Source: an uncultured delta proteobacterium (GTDB lineage Bacteria > Myxococcota_A > UBA9160 > SMWR01). From it: a stretch of DNA of 64,000 nucleotides. A program made the position numbers and the translations under genes. Each line of letters opens with the position of its first letter. Position 1 is the first letter of the stretch. This document shows positions 1 to 10,570 of the stretch, piece after piece. A model generated the notes under the pieces. That model ran no database searches. It was not told where the DNA came from and saw only the letters and a list, made by a program, of their open reading frames with translations. The DNA lies in NCBI GenBank assembly GCA_963832165.1, contig CAWHTE010000007.1, positions 960,001-1,024,000 on the forward strand. Direction: 5' to 3'.

Positions 1-508
1 GACTCTCGGAGAGCGCCACCACGGCGTGCTTGCTCATGGAGTACGCGGCCGTCAGCGGGCCGGTGGTGAGCCCGGCCATCGAGGCCGTGTTGATCACGTG
101 GGCCGGCTCATTCTGCTCGAACAGGATCGGGACGAACGTGCGGATGCCGTGGATCACGCCCCAGACGTTCACCTTGAGGATCCACTCGTAGTCGTTCAGC
201 GACGTCCCCCAGCTCGTTCCTCCAAGGAAGACGCCCGCGTTGTTGCAGACCACGTGGACGCGGCCGAATGCCGAGCGCGCGTCCTCGGCGAGCTTGCGGA
301 CGGCGTCGGCCTGCGAGACGTCACATGCGAAGGCCTCGACCTCGACGCCGTCGGCCGCGAGATCCTTGCGCACCTCGCGGAGCGCTCCCATCTCGACGTC
401 GGCGAGCGCGACCTTCATGCCCGCGGCACCGAAGGTCCGCGCCATCGCGCGGCCGATTCCGCTGGCCGCACCCGTCACGACGGCGACCTTGCCCTCCACG
501 ACCTGCAT
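1..508 (-). CDS. SDR family oxidoreductase (3' end runs off window)
   Basis: Manual translation MQVVEGKVAVVTGAASGIG...NNAG...YSMSK gives TGxxxGxG, NNAG and YxxxK motifs; AAGGAGG RBS upstream; not in the ORF track because it is truncated. Confidence 0.9.
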   Translation of the reverse strand, partial: MQVVEGKVAVVTGAASGIGRAMARTFGAAGMKVALADVEMGALREVRKDLAADGVEVEAFACDVSQADAVRKLAEDARSAFGRVHVVCNNAGVFLGGTSWGTSLNDYEWILKVNVWGVIHGIRTFVPILFEQNEPAHVINTASMAGLTTGPLTAAYSMSKHAVVALSES

Positions 509-517
509 CCATCCTCC

Positions 518-1723
518 TTAGAAGCGCACCGGGAGCGTCTCGATCCCCACGATGAAGTTGGTCGGGCGCAGCGGCGGCGCGTCGTTCGTGGAGAGCTCCA
601 GGTTGGGGAAGCGGCGCAGCAGCTCCTCGAACATCACACATAGCTCCAGGCGCGCGAGGGAGCTCCCGAGGCAGTAGTGCGCCCCGCGGCCGCCGAACGC
701 GACATGCGGGTTGGGATCGCGCGTGATGTCGAAGCGGAACGGATCGTCGAAGATGGTCTCGTCGCGGTTGCCCGATGGATACATGAGCAGCAGGCGGTCG
801 CCCGCGCGGAAGCGGTGGCCGGATAGCTCCACGTCCTCGGCGGCGGTGCGCATCATGTTCTGGATCGGAGTCACCCAGCGGAGCATCTCCTCCACCGCGC
901 GCGGAATGCGGGACGGATCCTCGCGCAGTGCGCGGAGCTGCTCCGGGTGCTGGAGCAGCGCGTACATCCCGCCGCTGATCACGTGGCGGGTCGTCTCGTC
1001 ACCACCGATCAGGATCAGCAGCGACTCCATGAAGAGCGACTCGTCGTCGAGGCGGTCGCCGTCGATCTCCGCGTGCACGAGGACGCTCATGAGATCGTCT
1101 GCGGGAGGCCGCGCGCGCCGATCCTTCACGACGCGCAGGCAGTACTCGCGATACTCGAGCGCGGCCTTCGCCTGGGCGGCGGTCTTCTCCGGATCGCTGC
1201 TGCCGAGCGCTCGCATCAGGTCGTCGGACCAGCGCAGCAGGCGATCGTGATCCTCGGCCTCGACCCCGAGCAGGTCGCCGATCACGATCAGCGGCAGCCG
1301 CGCGGCGACGTCGAAGACGAATTCGCACTCGCCGCGCTCGGCCACATCGTCGAGGATCTGCGTGCAGATCTCGCGCACGCGGCGCTCGTAGTCGGAGACC
1401 CGGCGCGGCGTGAAGCCGCGGTTCACGAGGTTGCGACGGATCATGTGCTCGGGACGGTCCATCGCGATCATGTGCGGGACGGGCGGCGCGTCGGGCCGGT
1501 AGCCCTGCGCGCTCCGGAACACGTCGGAGCGCTTCGAGACGGTCATGATGTCGGCATGGCGCGTCACGGCCCACAGGCCGTTCTTCGCGTCGTGGTAGAT
1601 GGGCTCGTGGTCGCGCATCCAGCGCAGCGCATCGTGCAGATGCGCCGAGGCATAGGTGTGCCCGTCGACGAGGTCGACCTCGGGGCGGCGCCCGACGTCG
1701 GTCGGGTCTGTAACAGTGCTCAT
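518..1723 (-). CDS. Cytochrome P450 (CYP142/CYP125-like)
   Basis: I-helix GGDETT, EEMLR (ExxR), heme motif FGGRGAHYCLG. Confidence 0.95.
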   Translation of the reverse strand: MSTVTDPTDVGRRPEVDLVDGHTYASAHLHDALRWMRDHEPIYHDAKNGLWAVTRHADIMTVSKRSDVFRSAQGYRPDAPPVPHMIAMDRPEHMIRRNLVNRGFTPRRVSDYERRVREICTQILDDVAERGECEFVFDVAARLPLIVIGDLLGVEAEDHDRLLRWSDDLMRALGSSDPEKTAAQAKAALEYREYCLRVVKDRRARPPADDLMSVLVHAEIDGDRLDDESLFMESLLILIGGDETTRHVISGGMYALLQHPEQLRALREDPSRIPRAVEEMLRWVTPIQNMMRTAAEDVELSGHRFRAGDRLLLMYPSGNRDETIFDDPFRFDITRDPNPHVAFGGRGAHYCLGSSLARLELCVMFEELLRRFPNLELSTNDAPPLRPTNFIVGIETLPVRF

Positions 1724-1785
1724 CTGACTCTCCGCAGGCTAACGAAACTTCGGGATCACCTCGCGGCCGAAGCGGCGCATCGCGC

Positions 1786-2412
1786 TCACCGTCGCGCTCT
1801 GGATCTCCCGGCGCGGGGCGACGTCGCGCGGACGGACGGCGCCACCCAACGTTGCAGGAGAGAACGCAGCTTCGCCCCGCTGCGGTGGCGCGGCGGAGCG
1901 AGAACCAACGATTGCAGGACGCGCAGCCCGAACTCGACGAGCTCGTCGATCTCCCCAGCTCCGTAGCCATGGGCTGCCCAATCGACGTTCATGCGCTCGA
2001 GCATCGACCGCGCGAACGCCATTCCCTGGGGCGACGTCACGCCCTTGAGGAACGCTTCGGATCGGCCCGTGGTGAGCAGCAGCCCCAGGAACCGCTCGTC
2101 CGGCAGACGCTCGAATGTGTAGGCGATGCCCTCCACGATGGCATCACCGGGTTCGGAGAAATCCGCCACGCGCGCTTCGAGCTGATCCAAGTAGGTATCT
2201 GCAGCCGCCACACCCACGGCGAATAGCAGGTCGTCGGTGCTCTTGAACAGCCGGTACACGGTCTGGCGGGTGACGCCTAGCTCGATAGCCACGTCGGACA
2301 GGCTTGTCTTGTGGGGACCATGGCGATCGACGCATGACATCGCCGCTTCGATGATCCGCTCCCGCGCTTCCTCGTCGTCGCGGGGCGGGTTGCCACGCCA
2401 GCCTCGGGCCAT
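1786..2412 (-). CDS. TetR/AcrR family transcriptional regulator
   Basis: N-terminal HTH SLSDVAIELGVTRQTVYRLF. Confidence 0.9.
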   Translation of the reverse strand: MARGWRGNPPRDDEEARERIIEAAMSCVDRHGPHKTSLSDVAIELGVTRQTVYRLFKSTDDLLFAVGVAAADTYLDQLEARVADFSEPGDAIVEGIAYTFERLPDERFLGLLLTTGRSEAFLKGVTSPQGMAFARSMLERMNVDWAAHGYGAGEIDELVEFGLRVLQSLVLAPPRHRSGAKLRSLLQRWVAPSVRATSPRAGRSRARR

Positions 2413-2424
2413 GTCACGCGCTCC

Positions 2425-2463
2425 TTGACAATATCATACAATCAATCATATCATGTATGATTG
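2425..2463 (+). promoter_or_regulatory. Sigma70-type promoter (TTGACA-18-TATCAT) overlapped by an inverted repeat, probable TetR operator
   Basis: TTGACA 2425-2430, TATCAT 2449-2454; inverted repeat TCAATCATA-tcatg-TATGATTGA 2442-2464 between divergent tetR and P450. Confidence 0.7.
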
Positions 2464-2490
2464 AATGGACAAGGCGGGGAGATCGGGCCC

Positions 2491-3735
2491 ATGAGAGCGC
2501 TGGCAGACTTCGACCCGTTCTCCCTCGACGTCGTGCAGGAGCCGCACGAGTTCTTCGCGTCGCTGCGCCGCGAGGCGCCGCTGTATCGCCTGCCGAACGG
2601 CGCCTACTACCTGATCAGCCGATACCGCGACGTGCGCGATGCGGCGATGAACATCGACGACTACTCCTCGAACCTGGTCGCGGTGATGATGCAGGGGCAG
2701 CTCGATCGCCCCGAGCTGCTGTCGCTCTCGGGCGGCGGCGCGATGGGGGCCGTGGATGCGCTCGCGGTGGCGGACCCGCCCGTGCACGCGCGCCAGCGCA
2801 AGCTATCGAACAAGGCGTTCTCGATGCGGCGCGTCGCCGCGCTCGAGCCCGCGATCCGCGCGCTCGCGGAGTCGCTGATCGGCGCGATCCTGCCGCAGGG
2901 CGATGCGCGCTGGAGCTCCGCCGAGTGGATGCGCGAGGTGGCGGTGCCGCTGCCGATGACCGTGATCGCGGGGCTGATCGGTGTGCCGAGCGAAGACATC
3001 CCTCAGCTCAAGCGCTGGTCCGACGCAGCGGTATCGCTGCTCTCCGGGGTCAACACGCCCGCGCAGCTCGCCGAGAGCGCGGGGCAGGTGGTCCAGCTGG
3101 TCGCCTACTTCGGCCAGCGCGTCGACGAGGCGGCGCGCGCGCCCAAGGATGACGTGCTCGGGGACCTCGTGCGCAGTCAGGCCAGCGGCGAGCTCACGCG
3201 CGACGAGGTGATCTCGATCCTGCTCCAGGTCCTCACCGCGGGGAACGAGAGCACCACGAGCCTGATCGGCAGCGCGCTGTGGCTACTGCTCGAGAATCCG
3301 GACGTTGAACAGCGGATCCGCACCGACCACACGCTGCTCGAACCGTTCATCGAGGAGGCGCTGCGGCTCGAGTCGCCGTTCCACGGCCATTTCCGGCTCG
3401 TGCGCCGCGACACCGAGGTCGCAGGGGAGCCGCTGGCGGCGGGCAGCCGCGTGATGCTGCTCTGGAGCGCGGCGAATCGCGACGGCGACGAGTTCCCGAA
3501 CCCCGATGCGATCGACCTCGCGCGCCGCAACGCAAAGGCGCATCTGGGCTTCGGGATCGGCATCCACCACTGCATCGGCGCGGCACTCGCGCGGCTCGAG
3601 ACGCGCGTCGTGCTCGAGACGCTGTTCGCGCGCGCGAGCGCGATCCGGCTCGCGGACGGCGCAAAGCTCGAGCACGTGCCGAGCATGCTGGTACGCTGCT
3701 TCGCGGCGCTCCCCGTCGAGATGAGAGGAGCGTGA
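2491..3735 (+). CDS. Cytochrome P450
   Basis: AGNESTT, EEALR, FGIGIHHCIG; ATG at 2491 preferred (ORF track starts 2461). Confidence 0.95.
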   Translation: MRALADFDPFSLDVVQEPHEFFASLRREAPLYRLPNGAYYLISRYRDVRDAAMNIDDYSSNLVAVMMQGQLDRPELLSLSGGGAMGAVDALAVADPPVHARQRKLSNKAFSMRRVAALEPAIRALAESLIGAILPQGDARWSSAEWMREVAVPLPMTVIAGLIGVPSEDIPQLKRWSDAAVSLLSGVNTPAQLAESAGQVVQLVAYFGQRVDEAARAPKDDVLGDLVRSQASGELTRDEVISILLQVLTAGNESTTSLIGSALWLLLENPDVEQRIRTDHTLLEPFIEEALRLESPFHGHFRLVRRDTEVAGEPLAAGSRVMLLWSAANRDGDEFPNPDAIDLARRNAKAHLGFGIGIHHCIGAALARLETRVVLETLFARASAIRLADGAKLEHVPSMLVRCFAALPVEMRGA

Positions 3736-3751
3736 TGGGGGGAGTCACGGC

Positions 3752-4654
3752 ATGACCGCGCTGAAGGTCCGCAAGCTGCGCTGGGAGTTCGACGAGACGA
3801 CTCCGTTCCAGTGGAACCGCTCCAATCCGCGCTTCGGCCTCCAGATGAACAGCCTCAGCTTCTTCGCGCCCGCCTTCGAGCGTTACATCGTCAAGGCGAC
3901 GCGGATGGCGATGCGGGAGATCTCCGACGCCGCTACGCACGAGGAGGCCACCGCGTTTCTTCACCAGGAGGCGCTGCACGCCGCTGCGCACCGCGAGCAC
4001 ACGGCGGCGCTCGTCCATCAGCACCCCGGTCTCCGAACGGTGCTCGAGCACGTCGACGCGAGTTTCGATCGGCTGTTCGAGACGCGCCCGCTCCGCTACC
4101 ACCTGGCCTACATCGCGGACATCGAGGCGACCTTCACGCCGCTGTTCGACCTGATGCTGCGCCATCGCGACACGCTCTTCGACAACGGCGATCGCCGCGT
4201 CGCGCCGCTCTTCATGTGGCACCTGGTCGAGGAGGTCGAGCACCGCTGCTCCGCTCAGCTCATCTACGACGCCGTGGTCCCCTCTCCGTGGTATCGGCTG
4301 CGCGTCGTACCCAGCGTGTTCCGTCACGTCCTGTCGTGCACGAACGTCATCTTCCGCGGCTTCGACGAGCACGTTCCGGCGGCGGACCGGGGCATGGACG
4401 CAGCCGAGATGATCATCGGCAGGAACACCCTCCGCGCCTTGTTCGAGCGGGATCGATCCGGCGTGCCGCCGCAGTTCCCCTCGGCGTCATGGCGGGAGAT
4501 CGCGATGCTCCTCTGCCGGTTGGTGCGCTCCCAGCGTCCCGGCCACACGCCTGCGACCGAGCGGATACCGCCGTTCGCGGAGGAGTGGCTCGATGCCTAC
4601 GACGCGGGCCGCGACGTCGTGAATTGGTACGCGGAAGGCGCGCCATCGCGCTGA
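3752..4654 (+). CDS. Predicted metal-dependent hydrolase (ferritin-like di-metal fold)
   Basis: QEALHAAAH and WHLVEEVEH metal-ligand motifs. Confidence 0.8.
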   Translation: MTALKVRKLRWEFDETTPFQWNRSNPRFGLQMNSLSFFAPAFERYIVKATRMAMREISDAATHEEATAFLHQEALHAAAHREHTAALVHQHPGLRTVLEHVDASFDRLFETRPLRYHLAYIADIEATFTPLFDLMLRHRDTLFDNGDRRVAPLFMWHLVEEVEHRCSAQLIYDAVVPSPWYRLRVVPSVFRHVLSCTNVIFRGFDEHVPAADRGMDAAEMIIGRNTLRALFERDRSGVPPQFPSASWREIAMLLCRLVRSQRPGHTPATERIPPFAEEWLDAYDAGRDVVNWYAEGAPSR

Positions 4655-4658
4655 GCAC

Positions 4659-5564
4659 TCAGCCGCGACGCGACGGACGGATCACGTGCTCGGGCCGCGG
4701 CTTCTGCTCGGCGGGCGCCTGGCTGTAGTCGCCGAACGGTGCGTCGCGCCGGCGCACCGCTGCGGGCACACCCTCCTTCGCCGCGACGTCGATGAACTCG
4801 TGTGCCTCGGCGATGTTGCGCATGTAGCCGTCGAGGATCGGGCCGAGCAGCTGAGTCGAGCCGAGCCCCATGTTGTCGAAAGCCTGGTTCACGATCAGCT
4901 TCATCGCGGCGAGCTGCGGGAGCGGAAGCAGCGCGAGCTCCTCGGCCTGCTGGCGCACGGTGTCCTCGAGCTCCGCGAACGGCACGGCGCGGTTGATGAG
5001 ACCGATCTCGGCCGCCTGCTTTCCCGACAGCGGCCTGCCCGTGAGCGCGTGCTCCTTGGCCTTCGTGAGACCGAGGCGGTAGATCCACATGCCCGACAGG
5101 TAACAGCCCCAGACGCGCGCATACGGCGTGCCGATCTGCGCGTCTTCGGACGCGATCACGAGATCGGCGCATAGCGCCATGTCCGATCCGCCGCCCACGC
5201 ACCAGCCGTGCACCTGCGCGATCACGGGCTTCGGGCTTCTCCAGAGGCTCATGAACTTCGGAACGGGTCCCGTGAACGGACTCGTGACGCCGATCATGTC
5301 GCGTCCCGGATCCCAGCGGCCCTCGTTCTCGAGCAGGCCCGACCACGCCGACACGTTGTCGGCGAAATCGAAGCCCGCACAGAAGCTGCGGCCCGCGCCG
5401 CGCAGCACGATCACCTTCACCGCCCGATCGCGGTTGGCCTCCGCCACGCAGCGCTCGAGCTCGTCGGGCATCGGCGGCACGATCGTGTTCAGGCGCTCGG
5501 GGCGATTGAACGTCAGCGTGGCGATCGCGCCGTCCACTTCGTAGAGCATGGTTTCGAGCTGCAC
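4659..5564 (-). CDS. Enoyl-CoA hydratase/crotonase family protein
   Basis: TFNRPERLN, SFCAGFD, VHGWCVGGG; GTG start at 5564 with GGAGG RBS. Confidence 0.9.
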   Translation of the reverse strand: MQLETMLYEVDGAIATLTFNRPERLNTIVPPMPDELERCVAEANRDRAVKVIVLRGAGRSFCAGFDFADNVSAWSGLLENEGRWDPGRDMIGVTSPFTGPVPKFMSLWRSPKPVIAQVHGWCVGGGSDMALCADLVIASEDAQIGTPYARVWGCYLSGMWIYRLGLTKAKEHALTGRPLSGKQAAEIGLINRAVPFAELEDTVRQQAEELALLPLPQLAAMKLIVNQAFDNMGLGSTQLLGPILDGYMRNIAEAHEFIDVAAKEGVPAAVRRRDAPFGDYSQAPAEQKPRPEHVIRPSRRG

Positions 5565-5612
5565 GGGTCTGCCTCCCGGAACAATTGTACCCTCGCCCCC
5601 CACGGAGGCGTC

Positions 5613-6624
5613 ATGCAGCTCGGAATGATCGGGCTCGGAAGAATGGGCGCGAACATGACGCGCCGGTTGCTCGCGGGCGGCCATGTCTGCTGCGTATACG
5701 ACGTCGATCCCGCCGCGGCCGCGCGTCTCGCCGCGGAAGGCGCAAAGGCGGCCGCGTCTCCGCGCGAGCTGGTCGAGCAGCTGGCCCCGCCTCGGGTGCT
5801 GTGGATGATGGTTCCCGCGGCTTTCGTCGACGAGACGATCGAGCGGTTCGCCCCGCTGCTCTCTCCCGGAGACGTCCTGATCGATGGCGGCAATTCCCGC
5901 TATCACGACGACCTCCGCCGCGCACGCGAGCTCGGCGATCGCGGTCTGCATTTCGTGGACGTGGGCACGAGCGGAGGCGTGTTCGGACTCGAGCGCGGCT
6001 ATTGCCTGATGATCGGCGGCGAAGCCGAGATCGTGGGAAGACTCGAGCCGATCTTCGCGACGCTCGCTCCGTCATCGGATGCGACCGCGCGCACGCTCCG
6101 GCCGCGGTGGAGAGCCGCACGGCGGCGAGCGCGGTTTCCTCCACTGCGGTCCTCACGGCGCCGGACACTTCGTGAAGATGGTGCACAACGGGATCGAGTA
6201 CGGGCTGATGGCGGCCTATGCCGAGGGCTTCAACATCCTGCGCCATGCCGGCGTCGGCCGTCACCGCGTGGCAGACGATGCGGAGACGACGCCGCTCGAG
6301 CATCCCGAGCACTACCAGTACGACCTCGATCTCCCGGAGATCGCAGAGCTGTGGCGGCGCGGAAGCGTGATCGGATCCTGGCTCCTCGATCTGACGGCGA
6401 GCGCGCTTCGCAAGGATCCCGAGCTCGCGAGCTTCGCGGGCCGCGTCTCCGATTCGGGCGAGGGGCGCTGGACGATCCAGGCGGCCATCGAAGAGGGCGT
6501 CCCCGCTCACGTGCTCACGGCGGCGCTCTACGAGCGCTTCGGCTCGCGCGACGCCGACCAGTTCGCGAACCAGCTGCTCTCGGCGCTGCGCTCCGAATTC
6601 GGCGGCCACCACGAGAAATCCTGA
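5613..6624 (+). CDS. gnd: Decarboxylating 6-phosphogluconate dehydrogenase (short type), +1 frameshift near 6100
   Basis: [25 protein letters not shown] in one frame; [28 protein letters not shown] in the next. Confidence 0.9.
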
Positions 6625-6649
6625 GCGTCCGACGAACAGAGAGGTGCCC

Positions 6650-8048
6650 ATGGCACGCGTTCCGTCCGATGGGCTGGTGATATTCGGGGCTACCGGCGAC
6701 CTCGCGTTCAAGAAGATCTTTCCGTCCCTGCACGCGATGGTGAAACGCGGGCGCCTCGAAGTGCCCGTGGTCACGGTGGGCCGCGAACCGCACGACGCAG
6801 GGCGGATTCACGCCCGCGCGCGGGAGAGCATCGAGACCCACGGCGGCGGAATCGATGCAGCTGCCTTCGACAAGCTGGTGCAGCGGATGTCCTACGTCGG
6901 CGGCGACTATGCCGACCCGACGACCTTCGCCGCGATCCGAGCGGCGCTCGGGGCGGCGAGCCATCCCACCTTCTATCTCGCGATTCCTCCGAGCGCGTTC
7001 TCGACCGTGGCGAGCGGTCTGGCCCAGTCCGGTTGCGCGGAAGGCGGACGCGTCGTGTTGGAGAAGCCGTTCGGACGCGATCTCGCTTCGGCCCGCGAGC
7101 TCAATCGGATCCTCCACGAGCACTTCGCGGAGGAATCGATCTTCCGCATCGATCACTATCTCGGGAAGACGCCGATCCACAACCTGATCCACTTCCGCTT
7201 CGCCAACTCCTTCCTCGAGCCGCTGTGGAATCGCCAATTCGTGGAGAGCGTGCAGATCACGATGGCGGAGAGCTTTGGCGTCGAGGGGCGAGGGGGCTTC
7301 TACGAGGAGACCGGTGCGGTGCGCGACGTCGTGCAGAACCACCTGCTCCAGACGCTGGCACTGCTCGCGATGGAGCCGCCCGTCGGATCGGACTCGGAGG
7401 GACTGCGCGACGAGAAGGCGAAGCTCCTCAGCGCGATCCAACCCCTCGACTGCGGCGACCTGGTGCGCGGCCAGTTCCGCGGCTATCGCGACGAGACAGG
7501 GCGTCGCCGCCGGGTCGAGCGTCGAGACGTTCGCGGCCGCGCGACTGCGCGTGGAGAACTGGCGCTGGTCGGGCGTTCCCTTCCTGATCCGCGCGGGCAA
7601 GAAGCTGCCCGTCACGGCCACGGAAGTGCTCGTGAAGCTGCGCCCGGCTCCGCAGCGCGTCTTCTCCGGCCTGACGTTCGCCAATGAAGGTCCCAACCAC
7701 TTCCGCTTCCGCCTGGGACCGGAGGTCGAGATCGCGCTGTCCGCCCACATCCGCGCGAACGGCGACGTACCGCCCGGAGTCGGCGAGACCGTGGAGCTGC
7801 TCGCGTGCCGCGATCGCCGCGGCATGATCGACGCCTACGATCGACTGCTCAGCGAAGCCATGCACGGAGATCCGCTGCTCTTCGCGCGCCAGGACGAAGT
7901 CGAGCAGTCCTGGCGCATCGTCGATCCGGCGCTCGCGGCGCCGCCGCCGGTCGAGATGTACGAGCCGAACACGTGGGGGCCGGCCGCGGCAGATCAGCTC
8001 GCCGCTCCGCATGGGGGATGGTGGTCGCCCGGCGAGCCGATCTGTTGA
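6650..8048 (+). CDS. zwf: Glucose-6-phosphate 1-dehydrogenase, +1 frameshift near 7500
   Basis: [30 protein letters not shown]; then [13 protein letters not shown] and AYDRLL in the next frame. Confidence 0.92.
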
Positions 8049-8779
8049 TGCGTGTCTGCCGGCTCCGCGACCCGGAAGCGGTCGCGCGGCTCGCCGCGGA
8101 GACCGCCGTCGAAGCGCTTCGAGCCGGGATCGCGGCGCGCGGGATCTTCGCGATCGCGCTGGCGGGCGGCGACACACCTCGGCGTATGTTCGAGCAGCTC
8201 TCCGCGCGAACCGATCTCGATTGGCCCCGCGTCGAGTTCTTCTGGGGCGACGAGCGGCCGGTGCCTCCCGAACACACCGATTCGAACTTCGGCATGGCCC
8301 ATGCGGCGCTGTTGCGCCCGCTCGGCATCGATCCGCGCCGGGTCCACCGCATCGAGGCGGAACGCAGCGATCTGGCCGCGGCGGCTCGCGACTACGAGCA
8401 GGAGCTGGCGAAGACGTGCGGCGCGCCGGACGGGGGCCCACCCATCCTCGACCTCGTGCTTCTGGGCATGGGCGCCGACGGGCACACCGCCTCGCTGTTC
8501 CCGAATACCGCGGCGTTGTCGGAGACGCGGCGCTGGGTCGTCGCGAACGACGTGCCACAGCTCTCGACGCGGCGGATCACGATCACGTTTCCGCTGATCG
8601 AGCGCGCCCGAGCGGTGCTCGTTCTCGTGACCGGAGAGTCCAAGGCGACCGCTCTCGCAGAGGTGCTCGAGGGTCGTCCGGATCCGGAGCGTCTCCCGAG
8701 CCAGCGTCTGCGCGCACTCGCCGGTGTGACGTGGCTCGTCGACGCGCCGGCCGCGAGCGGCCTGCGCGACGGGGCGTAG
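8048..8779 (+). CDS. pgl: 6-phosphogluconolactonase
   Basis: ALAGGDTP, WGDERPVPP, SNF, LGMGADGHTASLFP; start overlaps the zwf stop. Confidence 0.93.
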   Translation: MRVCRLRDPEAVARLAAETAVEALRAGIAARGIFAIALAGGDTPRRMFEQLSARTDLDWPRVEFFWGDERPVPPEHTDSNFGMAHAALLRPLGIDPRRVHRIEAERSDLAAAARDYEQELAKTCGAPDGGPPILDLVLLGMGADGHTASLFPNTAALSETRRWVVANDVPQLSTRRITITFPLIERARAVLVLVTGESKATALAEVLEGRPDPERLPSQRLRALAGVTWLVDAPAASGLRDGA

Positions 8780-8819
8780 ATCGCCACTCCGCAGAGATGA
8801 ACCGACAAGGAGTCGCCTC

Positions 8820-10565
8820 GTGCAGCACTCGCTTCAACGAGCTGTCTTCGATCTTCGATTCGTGCGGCGGTTCGGCCACCTGACCGCGCTCTACTGGAGA
8901 TCCCCCGACGCGGGGAAGGGCGTGCTGCTGCTCGGGGGCGCCGTCTCGCTCGAGCTCGCCACCGTGTATGGCAGCTTCGTACTCGCCGATGCGCAGCGTC
9001 TCATCTACGACGCGCTCCAGGATCGCGCGGCCGCTGCATTCTTCTCGGGCGTCGCGCTGTTCGCGGGCGCCGTGCTCGGGTTCGTAGCCGTATCGACGTA
9101 CCGCGTCTTCGTCCGGCAGGCGCTCGAGATCCGCTGGCGAACCTGGCTCACGGATCATCTGCTCGAGGACTGGATCAGCCCGCATGCGTGCAGCCAGATG
9201 GAGGCGGTGGGCGCGGACGCCGACAATCCCGATCAGCGCATCGCGGAGGACGTGCGCAACTACGTCGCGAGCGCGCTCGGCCTGTCTCTCTCGCTGCTCG
9301 CGGCTCTCGCGACGCTGGCCGCATTCGCCGGGCTGCTCTGGCGCATGTCCAGCGACTGGCCGATCCAGATCGGAGGCGCGCACTTCGACATTCCCGGGTT
9401 CATGATGTGGGTGGCGTTCGCCTATGCCGCCATTGCGAGCTGGATCACGCACCGCGTCGGTCGGCCGCTCGTGCCGATCAACTTCGACCGCCTGCGCCTG
9501 GAAGCCGACTTCCGCTTCGGGTTGGTCCGCTTTCGCGAGAACGCCGAAGAGATCGGGCTGGCGGGCGGGGAGACGTTCGAAGAAGCGAGCGCCGTGGAAC
9601 GCTTCCGGCGCGTTGCCGGGAACTGGTGGCAGCTGATCCGCGCGCAGCGGAACCTGACGCTACTGACCACGGGGATCGGTCAGCTCAACGGAGCGGTACC
9701 GCTACTCGTTGCGGCACCCGGCTACTTCCTCGGCCACCTGACGCTAGGCCGCGTCGCACAGGCCGGGATCGCCTATGGACAGGTCTCGGGCGCGTTGGCC
9801 TGGTTCGTGAACGCCTATCAGGAGATCGCGCTGTGGCGCGCGAGTATCGAGCGCCTGCTCACCTTCACCGACGCCTTGGACGCGTCGCGCACCCGGCACG
9901 CGGAGGGCAGGGTGTGCGTGGAGCGCGACGACCGCGACGCGCTGCAGATCGAGGGTCTGCAGCTCGCGCTGCCCAACGGTCACGCGCTGCTCGAGGCCGG
10001 AAACGTATCGGTGGCCCCGGGCGACCGGATCGCCGTGGGGGGCCCGACCGGCGCCGGTCTGACGACGCTATTCCGCGCGCTCGCGGGTCGCTGGCCATTC
10101 GGCCGCGGTCACATCGCGATGCCGCCGCGCGCGCAGACGATGTTCCTCTCGCCAAAGCCGTACCTTCCGATCGCCACGCTGCGCGCCGCGCTGTCGTATC
10201 CCGCGTCCGAGACCGCGTTCTCGGAAGAGAAGATGCGCGAGGTGCTGACACTGGTGGGACTCCCCGATCTGACGGGTGCGCTCGGCGAGATCGAGCACTG
10301 GGAGAAGCGGCTATCGGACGGCGAGCAGCAGCGCATCGGGATCGCGCGTGCTCTCTTGCACGAGCCGCGGTGGCTGTTCCTCGACGACGCCACCGCCGCG
10401 CTCGACGAGCAGGCCGAGCGCCGCCTGTACACGCTCCTGGAGGAGCGGCTGCCCCAGTCCGCCGTCATTTCGATTGCGCATCGCCCGTCGGTGGCGAGCT
10501 ACCACGCGCGGCACTGGACGCTCGTTCCGCACCCGGATGGACCCGCCGAGCTGCAAGCGGCGTGA
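8820..10565 (+). CDS. ABC transporter fused permease/ATPase, YddA/BacA (ABCD-like) family
   Basis: DNPDQRIAED, EADFRFGLVRFRENAEEI, LSDGEQQRIGIARALL; Walker A and B atypical. Confidence 0.88.
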   Translation: MQHSLQRAVFDLRFVRRFGHLTALYWRSPDAGKGVLLLGGAVSLELATVYGSFVLADAQRLIYDALQDRAAAAFFSGVALFAGAVLGFVAVSTYRVFVRQALEIRWRTWLTDHLLEDWISPHACSQMEAVGADADNPDQRIAEDVRNYVASALGLSLSLLAALATLAAFAGLLWRMSSDWPIQIGGAHFDIPGFMMWVAFAYAAIASWITHRVGRPLVPINFDRLRLEADFRFGLVRFRENAEEIGLAGGETFEEASAVERFRRVAGNWWQLIRAQRNLTLLTTGIGQLNGAVPLLVAAPGYFLGHLTLGRVAQAGIAYGQVSGALAWFVNAYQEIALWRASIERLLTFTDALDASRTRHAEGRVCVERDDRDALQIEGLQLALPNGHALLEAGNVSVAPGDRIAVGGPTGAGLTTLFRALAGRWPFGRGHIAMPPRAQTMFLSPKPYLPIATLRAALSYPASETAFSEEKMREVLTLVGLPDLTGALGEIEHWEKRLSDGEQQRIGIARALLHEPRWLFLDDATAALDEQAERRLYTLLEERLPQSAVISIAHRPSVASYHARHWTLVPHPDGPAELQAA

Positions 10566-10570
10566 CGACC

